Shown: positions 38,199 through 48,316 of the stretch, in pieces | Numbering within the stretch: position 1 is the stretch's first letter | How the letters are laid out: the number at the start of each line of letters is the position of its first letter | Notes under the pieces: model-generated | The model's input: only the letters and a program-made list of their open reading frames with translations | What the model was told of the DNA's origin: nothing | Databases searched by the model: none | Position numbers and translations under genes: made by a program | NCBI GenBank assembly: GCA_020348985.1 | Contig: CP070761.1 | Location: forward strand, 2,332,310 to 2,396,309 | DNA from: Candidatus Thorarchaeota archaeon | GTDB taxonomy: Archaea; Asgardarchaeota; Thorarchaeia; Thorarchaeales; Thorarchaeaceae | DNA: 64,000 nucleotides | Reading direction: 5' to 3'

Positions 38199-39437
38199 AT
38201 GGGCGAGGAAGAGGCCTACGAATTCGTCACTTCAACATTAGAGAAGGAAAGAATAGAACCCTATACTCGAGAAGAGAGTGAAGTAGTTCACTCAGTGCAG
38301 CAATGCATCAATTGTGGAATATGTCTCAGTCACTGTCCAGTCGTCGCTGCAGTTGGCATATATCGGTTCAGCGGGCCGCGTAGTATTGCAGTAGAGCTGA
38401 GTCGATCACCTCCAGAGTTCTGGGCCACAGGAGATACCATATACCTCTGCACTGGTTGCGGTACATGCATGGAGGTGTGTCCCAAAAACGTCAACATCCC
38501 TGAGATTGTCAACATGATGAGATCTAGGATATTGCGGTTCCGTCCAGACTTGGTGCCCAAAGGATTGCATGTTGTGAGAGAGACAATTCTTGAACACAAT
38601 CTCGCTTTTGTACCTCTGGAGGACGTTGAGGATAAGACAGAGAGTCGCGACATGAGGCTAGAGCACTACGGACTTCCTCTGATCGAGACCCCTGAAGAAG
38701 CCAAGAGTGAGGTCCTATATTATCCGGGTTGTCAAGCAGAAGAACGATCTCAAGAGGTCAGAGAAGCTGCCAAGATCATCCTTGACAGGTTTGAAGTTGG
38801 CTTCACGATGCTTGAAGACATGTGTTGCTGCGGACTTCCATCCCGTCTCATGGGAGACAAGGACACAGCTGAGAAACTTGCTTCAAGACTGAAACAAAGG
38901 ATCGATGAACTTGATATCAAGAAGATTGTGACAACGTGCGCTGGCTGCACTTCTAACATTGGAGATGCAAGCTTCGCCTACGACTGGAATGTGCCGGTTC
39001 TCCATTTGGTTGAGTTTCTGACCGATGAAGTCGGAACCGACAAACTGGCAAAAGCGTTCACAAAACCTCGGGGCAAAGAAAAAGTTAAGGTCACTGTTCA
39101 TGACCCATGTCATCTTATTAGACACACTTCACGTCAGCTCATGGACAAGGCGCTTCTTCTTCTCGATTTGATTCCTGACGTGAAGGTTGAAGTATCTACG
39201 GCAGCTGACTCCTGTTGCGGTGGCGGTGGACTCGTGGCTTATCACTCGAAGGATGTTTCCAAGGCAGTTGTTAAAGAGAATCTGGAGGCCATTAGATTGC
39301 TGGAAGCACAACGGGTTGTTACTCCATGTCCCCTTTGCACAGCACAGTTAGAAGACAATCTCTTCCAAAGTGGCAGTTCCATTGAAGTGGATGATCTGAC
39401 CGTTTTCATTGCTCAACGGCTATCAAACAAGGGATGA
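38199..39437 (+). CDS. glpC: GlpC/HdrD-like Fe-S oxidoreductase (2x[4Fe-4S] plus 2x CCG)
   Basis: CINCGICLSHCP, CTGCGTCMEVCP, CCCG, HDPCH, CCGGGG. Confidence 0.8.
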   Translation: MGEEEAYEFVTSTLEKERIEPYTREESEVVHSVQQCINCGICLSHCPVVAAVGIYRFSGPRSIAVELSRSPPEFWATGDTIYLCTGCGTCMEVCPKNVNIPEIVNMMRSRILRFRPDLVPKGLHVVRETILEHNLAFVPLEDVEDKTESRDMRLEHYGLPLIETPEEAKSEVLYYPGCQAEERSQEVREAAKIILDRFEVGFTMLEDMCCCGLPSRLMGDKDTAEKLASRLKQRIDELDIKKIVTTCAGCTSNIGDASFAYDWNVPVLHLVEFLTDEVGTDKLAKAFTKPRGKEKVKVTVHDPCHLIRHTSRQLMDKALLLLDLIPDVKVEVSTAADSCCGGGGLVAYHSKDVSKAVVKENLEAIRLLEAQRVVTPCPLCTAQLEDNLFQSGSSIEVDDLTVFIAQRLSNKG

Positions 39438-39444
39438 GTTCAAT

Positions 39445-40872
39445 ATGTTAGACGGAAAGACAAAGAGCGGAATGGCAGAAAGACTCGCGAGTATTGTTGG
39501 TTCTGACAATGTTACCTTGCTAGAGACAGATGCAGTATTGAACGCACATGACGCCTGGCCTTTGAGTGAAGCGAAGATACGAACAGGGGAACTGTTGCCG
39601 ATAGCAGACGTAATAGTCTTCCCTGAAACTGCCCAAGAGGTTGCCGAGATTCTTGCTGTTGCTTCGGAAATGGAAGTTCCCGTAGTTCCTGTTGGTGGAG
39701 GTGCTGGAACATGCGGTGGGACTCTGCCAATCTACGGAGGAATCCAGCTCGATCTAAAACGAATGGACAAGATTCTGCACATAGATGAGAAGTCAATGCT
39801 TGTCCGAGTTCAGGCTGGTGTCATTGGAATTGAACTCGAAGAGGAAGTGAACCGTTTAGGATACACTACCGGTCATACCCCGACGTCACTTCGTGCATCA
39901 AATGTAGGGGGTTTCATAGCCACAAGATCTGGAGGTTCGATGTCTTCGCTCTATGGAAAGATCGAGGATTTGACTCTCGGGCTTGAAGTCGTTCTACCCA
40001 ACAGTAAGATTATCAGAATGAAACCCATGCCACGTCATTCTGTGGGACCGGACCTTAGACAGTTGTTCATAGGTTCTGAAGGAACCCTTGGAGTCATAAC
40101 TGAGGCAACACTCAGACTCTTTCCGAGACCTGAACTGCGTCGTTTTCGAAGCATGGCTTTTCCTGACGTTCACAGAGGTCTAGAAGCTATCCGCAGAATC
40201 TTCAGAGACGGAATCACACCTTCGGTTGTGAGGCTCTATGACCCTGAGGACACGGCCATCAGTATGAGCAATCATTTTGAGATTCAAGATGGAGATTGTA
40301 TGCTCCTCCTGGCATTCGATGGTCTGAGGGAGATTGTTGCATTAGATGAGGAGAAGGCAGTAAAGATCTGCCTCGAACATGGTGCAAAGGACTATGGCGA
40401 GGGCCCATCAAAACGTTGGTGGGAACATCGGTATGACATGTACTATCCCACAGAACTGACAACATCTGGCTTCTCAATAGGAGATACCATAGACATTGTC
40501 GCACCTTACGACAAGCTTGAGACGGTGTACTATTCAATGAAGGCAGCTATGGAGAAACATGATGCTTTTGTGATGTCACATTTCTCTCACATGTATCAAA
40601 ATGGTGGGAGCATCTACATGATCTTCTTCACTTCTCAGCGAGATGCCAAGACTGCTTGGGAAGTCTACAAAAGAATCTGGGATGATGGAGTTGCTGCTTG
40701 TCTCAGAGAGGGCGGCACGATGAGTCATCAACATGGAGTAGGTCTCTCCAGAAGCACCTACACGGAAGATGAATTGGGCTCTGCATTTCTTGTGCTGAAG
40801 ATGATCAAGGCGATTCTCGATCCAATTGGAATCATGAATCCCGGGAAGTTAGGTCTGGGGGTTAAAGAATGA
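39445..40872 (+). CDS. FAD-linked oxidoreductase, alkyl-dihydroxyacetonephosphate synthase-like
   Basis: GGG..GG, GHTP, YGKIED, GPDL..LFIGSEGTLGVIT, RLYD, SHFSHMY, SHQHGVG, NPGKL. Confidence 0.85.
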   Translation: MLDGKTKSGMAERLASIVGSDNVTLLETDAVLNAHDAWPLSEAKIRTGELLPIADVIVFPETAQEVAEILAVASEMEVPVVPVGGGAGTCGGTLPIYGGIQLDLKRMDKILHIDEKSMLVRVQAGVIGIELEEEVNRLGYTTGHTPTSLRASNVGGFIATRSGGSMSSLYGKIEDLTLGLEVVLPNSKIIRMKPMPRHSVGPDLRQLFIGSEGTLGVITEATLRLFPRPELRRFRSMAFPDVHRGLEAIRRIFRDGITPSVVRLYDPEDTAISMSNHFEIQDGDCMLLLAFDGLREIVALDEEKAVKICLEHGAKDYGEGPSKRWWEHRYDMYYPTELTTSGFSIGDTIDIVAPYDKLETVYYSMKAAMEKHDAFVMSHFSHMYQNGGSIYMIFFTSQRDAKTAWEVYKRIWDDGVAACLREGGTMSHQHGVGLSRSTYTEDELGSAFLVLKMIKAILDPIGIMNPGKLGLGVKE

Positions 40873-41978
40873 CAGACTCGGAAAAGACTGCACAACAGGT
40901 GCGGATGTGTGCGGCATGTCCTAAGATGTGCAGACATGTATGCCCCACATTCTTTGCATGGCGGTCAGATTCTCCGACACCCCATGGGCGGGCTCTTCTC
41001 CTTCACCATGACAATCTTGGACTCAGACAGCTTGATGAGCGAGCAGTTGAGGTAATCTACCAGTGTTTGGAATGTAGCCACTGTCTGACTTGGTGTCTGC
41101 CTGAGATAGATATCGCAACCATTGTTGAAGATGCTCGCAGGATATTGGTTTCTCAGGATCGATTTCCAAAAGGCTTGGAAACCATTCGCTCTTCCGTCCT
41201 GTCAAATCACAATCCGTTTTGTGAACCACACGAGAAGCGAGTTGCCAAGATCAGATTCAAGAAGACTAAATCGGCTGACGTAATCTACTTCACAGGTTGT
41301 ACTGCAGCCTACCGAGAACACGGAATTGCCAATGCCAGTATCGAGGCTCTTAAGGAGTTCGGGTTCAACGTTTCAATCCCTGATGACGAGTGGTGCTGTG
41401 GGTCTCCGTTGCTAAGGACTGGCTTCACTTCCGAAGCTCTCGAACAGGCTCGACACAACGTTGAGATTCTCAACGAAATGAGTGGAGAGACTATCCTTAC
41501 AACTTGTCCTGGCTGCTACCGTGTTCTAACACAAGATTACCCCGTCAATGATTTGAGGATTGAGAAGCCAGTCATGCATCTAAGCCAGTTTCTTGCAAAA
41601 CACATTGACAAGGTGCCAAAAGGCAATCTCGCCGGTGGAGTGACCTTCCACGATCCATGCCATCTGGGGAGACACTGCGGTGTCTACGAAGAGCCAAGAT
41701 TAGTCATCGAGCGAATCACAGGTGAGTCCGTGAAAGAGATGGAGCGTAGTCGCGACAATGCAATGTGCTGTGGTAACGGAGCGGGTTTCAGGACACTATT
41801 CAGCTCTCAGGCCAAGAAGATTGGTGGTGAGCGAGTCAGACAGGCTGCATTGACAGGATCACGTTACTTAATCACTGCATGTCCATTTTGCAGGAACCTC
41901 CTGGCCTCTGAGGCAGGAGAAACACTCGAAGTCCTAGATCTCCCAGAGCTAGTGATGACTGTTTTGAGAAAGAGATGA
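40869..41978 (+). CDS. Fe-S/CCG-domain oxidoreductase (GlcF/HdrD-like)
   Basis: CAACPKMCRHVCP, CLECSHC, CCG, HDPCHLGR, CCGNG. Confidence 0.88.
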   Translation: MTDSEKTAQQVRMCAACPKMCRHVCPTFFAWRSDSPTPHGRALLLHHDNLGLRQLDERAVEVIYQCLECSHCLTWCLPEIDIATIVEDARRILVSQDRFPKGLETIRSSVLSNHNPFCEPHEKRVAKIRFKKTKSADVIYFTGCTAAYREHGIANASIEALKEFGFNVSIPDDEWCCGSPLLRTGFTSEALEQARHNVEILNEMSGETILTTCPGCYRVLTQDYPVNDLRIEKPVMHLSQFLAKHIDKVPKGNLAGGVTFHDPCHLGRHCGVYEEPRLVIERITGESVKEMERSRDNAMCCGNGAGFRTLFSSQAKKIGGERVRQAALTGSRYLITACPFCRNLLASEAGETLEVLDLPELVMTVLRKR

Positions 41979-42034
41979 AACTGGCCGTAACCGAAGATAG
42001 ATTAAGCCGCCATTCAGCTGAATCTCTGAGTTTC

Positions 42035-43147
42035 ATGGACACTGAAGACATGCTCCGTTTGAAGGTTAAGTTGCTGACAGCGGGAGCGCGGCTACCTGAA
42101 GGTGTATCGAGTGGACGAAGAGGCGGCGCTGGTCCTGTCAGAGGACGCTACTTTGTTCTCCCCAGTGGCCGCTCTTGCGGAATCCCGATCCGACGTGGAG
42201 CAGAAGCAGAACGCTTCGGTTCCGCACCCTTGGAGCCAACTGAAGATCCGACAATCTGGCTCTATGACAGCTCCGTAGAACTACGCATGATTGAGAAACC
42301 TGATTTTCTTGGTCTCACAACTGAGGACGGTCTTCCATACTCGCAGATTGCACTTCTTCACTGCACCGATTGCTTGGCAACAACAGTCTACCAGAGCTGC
42401 AGGTATTGGGATGAAGGCACTCAATGTGCTTTCTGTACTATCCCAACATCGCTAGAGGGAGGAGATACGATACTCGACAAGAGCCCTTCCCATATAGCGG
42501 AAGTAGTAGACTCCGCAGAGAAGAGGGGCATCATTAGACATGTTCTTCTCACAACTGGCACTCCTGAAGGAGAAGATATGGGGACTACCAGAATGGTGAA
42601 CATCATTCGGGAAATCCGGAAATCAAGTGAGATTCCTATTGGTGTCCAGTTCGAAGCACCACACGACATTTCGCTCATCGACGAAGTCGTCCAAGCAGGT
42701 GCAAGTGCCATCGGCATTCACATAGAAAGTGCTGATGAAGCTGTTCGCGAAAAGATGTGTCCAGGAAAGCATCAACATGCATCCAGAGACCTGTACATCA
42801 GAGCATGGAAACATGCTGTAGGTCTCTTGGGCAGAGGGAATGTCAGCACCTTCCTCTTGCATGGTCTAGGTGAAGACACTCAGCTTACGATGAACTTCAT
42901 CGATGAGATTGCCGAAATCGGTGTCATGCCCATTCTTGCACCAGTTAGACCTGCACCCGGCAGTCATCTGGCCAACTACATTCCATCTTATGTCGGTGAC
43001 CTGGATGGGTCTCTGAGAACCTACAAGAATCTTGGAAACGCTCTCTACAAGTGGGGTCTCAACCCGGACTCTTCGGTGGCAGGTTGTCAGAGTTGTGGTG
43101 GCTGTACACCTATTCATGAAGCCTACGACTGGGCTGCTTCTCTATAG
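42035..43147 (+). CDS. radical SAM protein (MSMEG_0568/NitD-like)
   Basis: RRGGAGP, IALLH..LATTV.Q.C-x8-CAFC, C-terminal CQSCGGC. Confidence 0.8.
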   Translation: MDTEDMLRLKVKLLTAGARLPEGVSSGRRGGAGPVRGRYFVLPSGRSCGIPIRRGAEAERFGSAPLEPTEDPTIWLYDSSVELRMIEKPDFLGLTTEDGLPYSQIALLHCTDCLATTVYQSCRYWDEGTQCAFCTIPTSLEGGDTILDKSPSHIAEVVDSAEKRGIIRHVLLTTGTPEGEDMGTTRMVNIIREIRKSSEIPIGVQFEAPHDISLIDEVVQAGASAIGIHIESADEAVREKMCPGKHQHASRDLYIRAWKHAVGLLGRGNVSTFLLHGLGEDTQLTMNFIDEIAEIGVMPILAPVRPAPGSHLANYIPSYVGDLDGSLRTYKNLGNALYKWGLNPDSSVAGCQSCGGCTPIHEAYDWAASL

Positions 43148-43215
43148 ATAGTGTCGATATGGGGTCTTAACCAGAAACTTATGTATCATCGTCGTTAATT
43201 GCGTTGAGACGGTTC

Positions 43216-43704
43216 ATGTCAGACCTATCAGCCGAAGAGATTCGGATTGTCGAGTTCGGAGAGGAAGACGCAGAGGAGCTTTCCGAGTTGTTCAGAGCCG
43301 TCTGGCTCTTGGCTACGGATTACCCTGAAGCTTGGCGCAAGAAGAGAATGTATACAAGGGACCAGGTTGTTTCCGACATGCGAAATGGCTACCACTATTT
43401 TGGGAGCCGACTTCAAGGGAAGATAGTTGGTGTGTACAAGGCCAAGATCACTGAGAAGGGACTGATTGGTGAGCAACAGACAGTGGCTCCTGTCTGCAGG
43501 GGCACGGGTATGGCATCTGCCATGTACATTCAGTTCATTGAATACGGTAGGAAACACGGATGCCAGCGAGTCTATTGCAACATTCTGGCCGGGCAGGATG
43601 CTGGGGAGCGGCTAATGCAGAAATTCCAATTCCGTCCTTGGGGAGAGCCATATGAGCAACATCCAGGTATGTTAGTCCAACTCTACGAAAGGCCACTTGA
43701 ATAA
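43216..43704 (+). CDS. GNAT family N-acetyltransferase
   Basis: TVAPVCRGTGMAS acetyl-CoA-binding motif. Confidence 0.85.
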   Translation: MSDLSAEEIRIVEFGEEDAEELSELFRAVWLLATDYPEAWRKKRMYTRDQVVSDMRNGYHYFGSRLQGKIVGVYKAKITEKGLIGEQQTVAPVCRGTGMASAMYIQFIEYGRKHGCQRVYCNILAGQDAGERLMQKFQFRPWGEPYEQHPGMLVQLYERPLE

Positions 43705-43795
43705 CCACACTCCTTTTTACTCCCACCCTGGTTTCATCCGGACGGCAATATCCTGACCAGAAGGTGCGCCCTTCTCAAAGAAACGAGGTTCACAA

Positions 43796-45463
43796 ATGCA
43801 GACTGCTCCTATTCTAGTTGATGGCGAAGAACGAGATACAGGGGACTACGTACTGTTTCCTGACATGGACAAAGTGATTGCAGAACCTGGTTTAGCTATT
43901 GCTCTTCAGATGCAAAGCGCAGCCCATACGCACCGGCTTGTCTTCTCATATCTTCCTCAGCTTATTCCATCCAGCTCTGCAGAAATGATGTACCTTAGGG
44001 ATTACAGAAAGCATCATGGAACACCGAAGTATACGAAGGACGAACTCGACGACATAGTCTACGCCAAGATTTCCCAAGCTCGCGAGATCGATATCGCAGA
44101 AGCCATCCGGGCAGGCTCAAGAGACCATCTCAAGTTGTTCAATCCTTTCAGCCTTGATGGTCAAGGGGTAACGTTGGATAATAGGATCGATGCTCTGTTT
44201 GAGGCACTAACTGCGGTCAGAAATAGGTCCCAAGAGGTACGCGACATAACAGTTCGTGAGGGCACTCCTGCTAGCACTTTCGACTGGACATGGGATATGT
44301 TCACGGAATACTTGGAGAAGCATACATTCGAGCTTTGGGGCGAGGAGCTAGATGTTAGAGAAGCGCCTGGAAGGGATGGAGGCAGGAATTACCAACTGAG
44401 AGAACCGTTCGGTGTTTCGTGCTTGTTTACTCCCTACAATGCACCGTTGGCCCTAGGCATTCTCAGCATTACATCGTCAATATTGGCCGGAAATGCAACA
44501 ATCCTAAAACCTCCTTCCAAGGTCCCACTCAGCACTATCCTCTTGGGCCGCTCATTCATGAGAACCTTTCTTGACATGGATCTCCCTGCAGGTATGCTTC
44601 AATTGCTTAATGGCGGTGGTAAACCGCTGATGAGGCGATTCATGCATGATGATGGAGTCAACGCCATTGTGTGGTATGGCGATAGTGACAGAGGTTTCGA
44701 TATCTGGGCTGATGCAGTAAACAGAAGAGTGCAGATGGCTCCGGAGCTTGCGGGAAGTGATGCTTGTTTGGTATGGGGCAATGATCTTGATCTGGAGTCA
44801 GTTGCCAAGCTAGTGGTTAGAGGACGGTTTCTTGGCAGTGGGCAGGCATGCTTAGCGATCAAGCGCCTTTTGGTTCAGAATACACTCTTCCATGATCTGC
44901 TGAGGTTACTCATCGAGGAGGCTGAGAAACTCAATGTTGGTCGTCCATCTGATCCCAGTACTGATCTTCCTCCTGTGGGTCTGACTGCACTTTATCTGCT
45001 GCTAGATCAGATGAGGGATGCTTTGGCTAAAGGAGCTGAAGTGCGGACAGGGGGTTCTCGTTGTAACTACTTGGACGAGGATGACCCGGCAGGGTTGTTC
45101 TACAGGCCTACGATCCTGACTAATGTAAACCTCGATATGCGGATTATGAATGAAGAGGTCTTTGCCCCGGCCCTGCCTATACTCACAGTAGATAGAGTGG
45201 AGACCGCGATTGCAATTGCCAATTCTACACGTTTTGGTTTGAGGTCCTCCTTGTTTACCAATGAGATTGAATTAAAACGAAAGTGGGCTAAGGAGATACA
45301 AGCAGGGGGCGTGACCATAATGCAGGATCACCTATACTTCGATCCCCATATGCCACACCTAGGGGGCTACAAGGATTCAGGGATAATTGGTGCCAAGTAC
45401 TTTCCTGTGATGCTCACGAGAATGAAGTATATTCACACTGGTCCTGGCTCTGAGCTTGTTTGA
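43796..45463 (+). CDS. divergent aldehyde dehydrogenase family protein
   Basis: REPFGV, PYNAP, LKP, PELAG, SGQAC, EEVFAP, ANSTRFGL. Confidence 0.88.
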   Translation: MQTAPILVDGEERDTGDYVLFPDMDKVIAEPGLAIALQMQSAAHTHRLVFSYLPQLIPSSSAEMMYLRDYRKHHGTPKYTKDELDDIVYAKISQAREIDIAEAIRAGSRDHLKLFNPFSLDGQGVTLDNRIDALFEALTAVRNRSQEVRDITVREGTPASTFDWTWDMFTEYLEKHTFELWGEELDVREAPGRDGGRNYQLREPFGVSCLFTPYNAPLALGILSITSSILAGNATILKPPSKVPLSTILLGRSFMRTFLDMDLPAGMLQLLNGGGKPLMRRFMHDDGVNAIVWYGDSDRGFDIWADAVNRRVQMAPELAGSDACLVWGNDLDLESVAKLVVRGRFLGSGQACLAIKRLLVQNTLFHDLLRLLIEEAEKLNVGRPSDPSTDLPPVGLTALYLLLDQMRDALAKGAEVRTGGSRCNYLDEDDPAGLFYRPTILTNVNLDMRIMNEEVFAPALPILTVDRVETAIAIANSTRFGLRSSLFTNEIELKRKWAKEIQAGGVTIMQDHLYFDPHMPHLGGYKDSGIIGAKYFPVMLTRMKYIHTGPGSELV

Positions 45464-45476
45464 ATGGGACTCAAAG

Positions 45477-46820
45477 ATGGACGAACAAATGGACAGAATC
45501 GACGGGCTATCTAAGAAGATCTGGCTAGAGGCCTTGAGAGTCCTGTCTGAGCATAGGGCCACGCGAATTTCGATGCGTGCGCACCTTAGAAAATGGACTG
45601 CAACCATGGGGTACGACAAGAGGACACGATCTCTGGTTGAGACCCTAGTAATGGGCACAACAAGATACCGGAACACGATTGATTTCATTATCGCAAGAGT
45701 ATCACATGTCACCGGCAAAGCACGTTTCAATACGTGGGAACATGGTGTGCTTCGACTTGTCCTATTCACTTGTCGGTGGTTGGGTCAAGATTTCAACAAG
45801 ATTCTCGGATTTCTGGAGGGCGACTATCTACATGTTCAAAAACTGGCAAAGTTGGCAGTGACTTTCGATCTTGAACGAGCAGCATCTCGACTAGATGAGA
45901 TAAGTATGTACAGCATTCTTCTCTCGCATCCAAGCTTCATTGTCGAGACACTGTTCGAGAACCTTTCAAAAGAAGATGCGATATCGTTGATGAAAGCCAA
46001 CAATGAATCTCGAATCGTCTATCTGAGACCAAACATGCTATCACCTGACCGTCTCGCAGTTGAAGACCTCGCCAAAGAGACCTCTCTTGAAATCTCCAAG
46101 GATAGTGACATTACGGGTCTCTACAGAATTGAGGGAAGTGCTGAACGCATCGTAACTTCAGAAGCATATACCAAAGGGCTAGTCATTCTACAGGACAAGA
46201 CTAGCGTTATTGCTGTGAAGGCATTGTCGCCCTTGCATGGTGCGACAGTATGGGACGCTTGTGCAGCTCCAGGAATGAAGACTCAGCTCATAGAGGAATC
46301 AATGGACGAAACGAGTCGAGTTGTCGCTTCTGATGTCCACGTTGATCGTCTAAGAACAGCGCTGGATCAAGCGAAGCTCTATGGTATGAGAGGCGTTTCT
46401 TGGCTCTTATCAGATAGCATCACTTGCCCAGTTGTAGGGGCATCCCGAATCCTCATCGATGCGCCATGCTCTTCAACAGGTATGCTACGTAGCCATCCAT
46501 CTCTCAAGTGGCGTTTGAACAAGGAAATGCTTCTGTCTCTCATGACGATACAGAATCGGATCTTGGACGGAGTAATCAGTGGATATGCGGAGAGACCGGG
46601 AACTGAAATTGTCTACGCGACGTGTTCCATACTCCCTCACGAAGGCGAATCACAAATAGACTCAACCATGGATCGACACAATGTAGAACTGCTGGATGCA
46701 TCTCCCTACGGTAGACCAGGATACTCGGGATTCAAGTGTTCTAGCAAAGTCCGCAGATTCTTTCCTCATACTGACGGAACGAACGGGTTCTTCCTCGCGC
46801 GACTGCGGATTACTGGCTGA
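45477..46820 (+). CDS. RsmB/NOP2-family RNA m5C methyltransferase with NusB-like N-terminus
   Basis: LQD, DACAAPGMKT, IDAPCSSTG, VYATCS, GTNGFF. Confidence 0.9.
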   Translation: MDEQMDRIDGLSKKIWLEALRVLSEHRATRISMRAHLRKWTATMGYDKRTRSLVETLVMGTTRYRNTIDFIIARVSHVTGKARFNTWEHGVLRLVLFTCRWLGQDFNKILGFLEGDYLHVQKLAKLAVTFDLERAASRLDEISMYSILLSHPSFIVETLFENLSKEDAISLMKANNESRIVYLRPNMLSPDRLAVEDLAKETSLEISKDSDITGLYRIEGSAERIVTSEAYTKGLVILQDKTSVIAVKALSPLHGATVWDACAAPGMKTQLIEESMDETSRVVASDVHVDRLRTALDQAKLYGMRGVSWLLSDSITCPVVGASRILIDAPCSSTGMLRSHPSLKWRLNKEMLLSLMTIQNRILDGVISGYAERPGTEIVYATCSILPHEGESQIDSTMDRHNVELLDASPYGRPGYSGFKCSSKVRRFFPHTDGTNGFFLARLRITG

Positions 46821-47754
46821 TTCTTCGTTGGACAGAGTCCATGACCCTTCGAGCAAATTCCCGGTCGTCCTTGAAGCTCCATGGAATGTCAAAGAACCGT
46901 TTCTGAGCACTATCTATTGCTTCAACTTCTCTACTCACGAGAGCTCGGAATACAAGCTTCGTCCAAGTGAAGCAGGCGCTCTCTTGGAAAGACTTTGCGT
47001 GTCCAGACTCTGACACGAAGCTTGTTAGATATACAAGGCCGGCCTTCGGATTTCCTAGCATTAGATCTGCGAGAGCGGCCATACAAGCAAATGTGATTGC
47101 GTTCTCGAGCATGCCCGAGTTCAGATAGGTCTCAGCTCCCTCTCTGTATTCAGTTGCTTTTTTCGAATACAACTGCCTACCATCTACTACCACGAGGTCT
47201 CCTTGCTCTTCTCTCTCAGCCTTCCTGAGCTTGACTCCCCCAAGAATACTTGCTTTGAGTTCTGCCTGCATGTCCACAATGTCTGATCTCTCAATGGACT
47301 CCCTCATTGCCTTAACGAAATCGGTACCAGCCTGAGCCAAAGCTCGCTTGATGATTGGGTTCTTGAGCGAAGCATCACCGGCTGCAACTCCTTCCTCGAA
47401 GATGTTTCTGGCGTAACGAAACAGGTCGTATGCTTTTTCGTTGAGATGAATCTTCACAGCGAAATCGATGGCTTTTACGTAGGCCATTATCGCATTGTCA
47501 GTTTCGCCCAGATTTTCAAAGTGGGTTGCCGAGTCGATTAGCCATGGAAAGGCGTCAGTGCTCTCTGTTCTGATTGAATCCTGACCCCTGGAAAGAGATC
47601 TATAGGCATCGACGCATATCACAGAAAGGTCCTGATTAGAGCACTTTGCTGTCATTTCACCGACAGGAAGCACGACGTTTCTTAGGCGGCAAGTATAGCC
47701 CGCCTTCGAAACCTCAAGCCAATCGCACCTCTCGTCCGCGGTCACCCTTTGCAT
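46810..47754 (-). CDS. TPR/SNAP-like helical repeat protein with N-terminal Cys cluster
   Basis: Start reassigned to ATG 47754 to avoid the PDCD5 overlap; ATHFENLGETDNAIMAYVKA and AETYLNSGMLENA repeats. Confidence 0.65.
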   Translation of the reverse strand: MQRVTADERCDWLEVSKAGYTCRLRNVVLPVGEMTAKCSNQDLSVICVDAYRSLSRGQDSIRTESTDAFPWLIDSATHFENLGETDNAIMAYVKAIDFAVKIHLNEKAYDLFRYARNIFEEGVAAGDASLKNPIIKRALAQAGTDFVKAMRESIERSDIVDMQAELKASILGGVKLRKAEREEQGDLVVVDGRQLYSKKATEYREGAETYLNSGMLENAITFACMAALADLMLGNPKAGLVYLTSFVSESGHAKSFQESACFTWTKLVFRALVSREVEAIDSAQKRFFDIPWSFKDDREFARRVMDSVQRRISQ

Positions 47755-47883
47755 CCCATTCGACTTGTTGCGAATCCCAAATTGATGGTCGTTCGCTTGC
47801 AGGATAATCGTGATATCCGCTAAAAAAGGAATCCTTGCTGCATTTGACCAAGCGGTATCCTTAACTACACAATATCTGGCGAC

Positions 47884-48306
47884 ATGTTCGAGGTTCTCAC
47901 CCTGAGTGACGATGATTCGGAGCTTGCCATTATAAGAAGGAAGAAGATGGCAAAGATAGTGGCAAGAGAAAAGCAACTCCAGGCAACAAAGGAAAAGGAA
48001 GAGAAGATTGAAGCCGAGCGCTCCAATCTTCTGAAGAGATACCTTGCGTCGGATGCATATGAATACCTCAAACGTCTGAAGAAGAATCAACCTGGAATAG
48101 GCAATCGTGTTGAAGAAATCATCTTGTATCTCATAGTCTACAGGGGGTTGAGACAGACCATAAGTCAGCTTGATGTGAGGTACATTGAGCGACAGATAAG
48201 GGGAGAAGGTCCCAAGATTAGAGTTCAAAGGAATGGCGAAACATCCGATTTCGGCGCCTATGTTAAAGAAGCGATAAGAAAGGGGACGAACAAACCGTCT
48301 GACTGA
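47884..48306 (+). CDS. PDCD5/TFAR19-like DNA-binding protein
   Basis: DSELAIIRRKKMA...LASDAYEYLKRLK...VEEIILYL pattern. Confidence 0.8.
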   Translation: MFEVLTLSDDDSELAIIRRKKMAKIVAREKQLQATKEKEEKIEAERSNLLKRYLASDAYEYLKRLKKNQPGIGNRVEEIILYLIVYRGLRQTISQLDVRYIERQIRGEGPKIRVQRNGETSDFGAYVKEAIRKGTNKPSD

Positions 48307-48316
48307 GTTCAGGAGG

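Noticed and set aside
38199-41978. Additional Sec-encoding UGAs in the CCG/Fe-S genes
   Set aside because: All Cys motifs are intact within uninterrupted ORFs, and the terminal TGAs abut the next gene starts.
47755-48228. N-terminal extension of the 46810..48228 minus-strand ORF
   Set aside because: It is an antisense shadow of the PDCD5-like gene; the real start is more likely ATG 47754.
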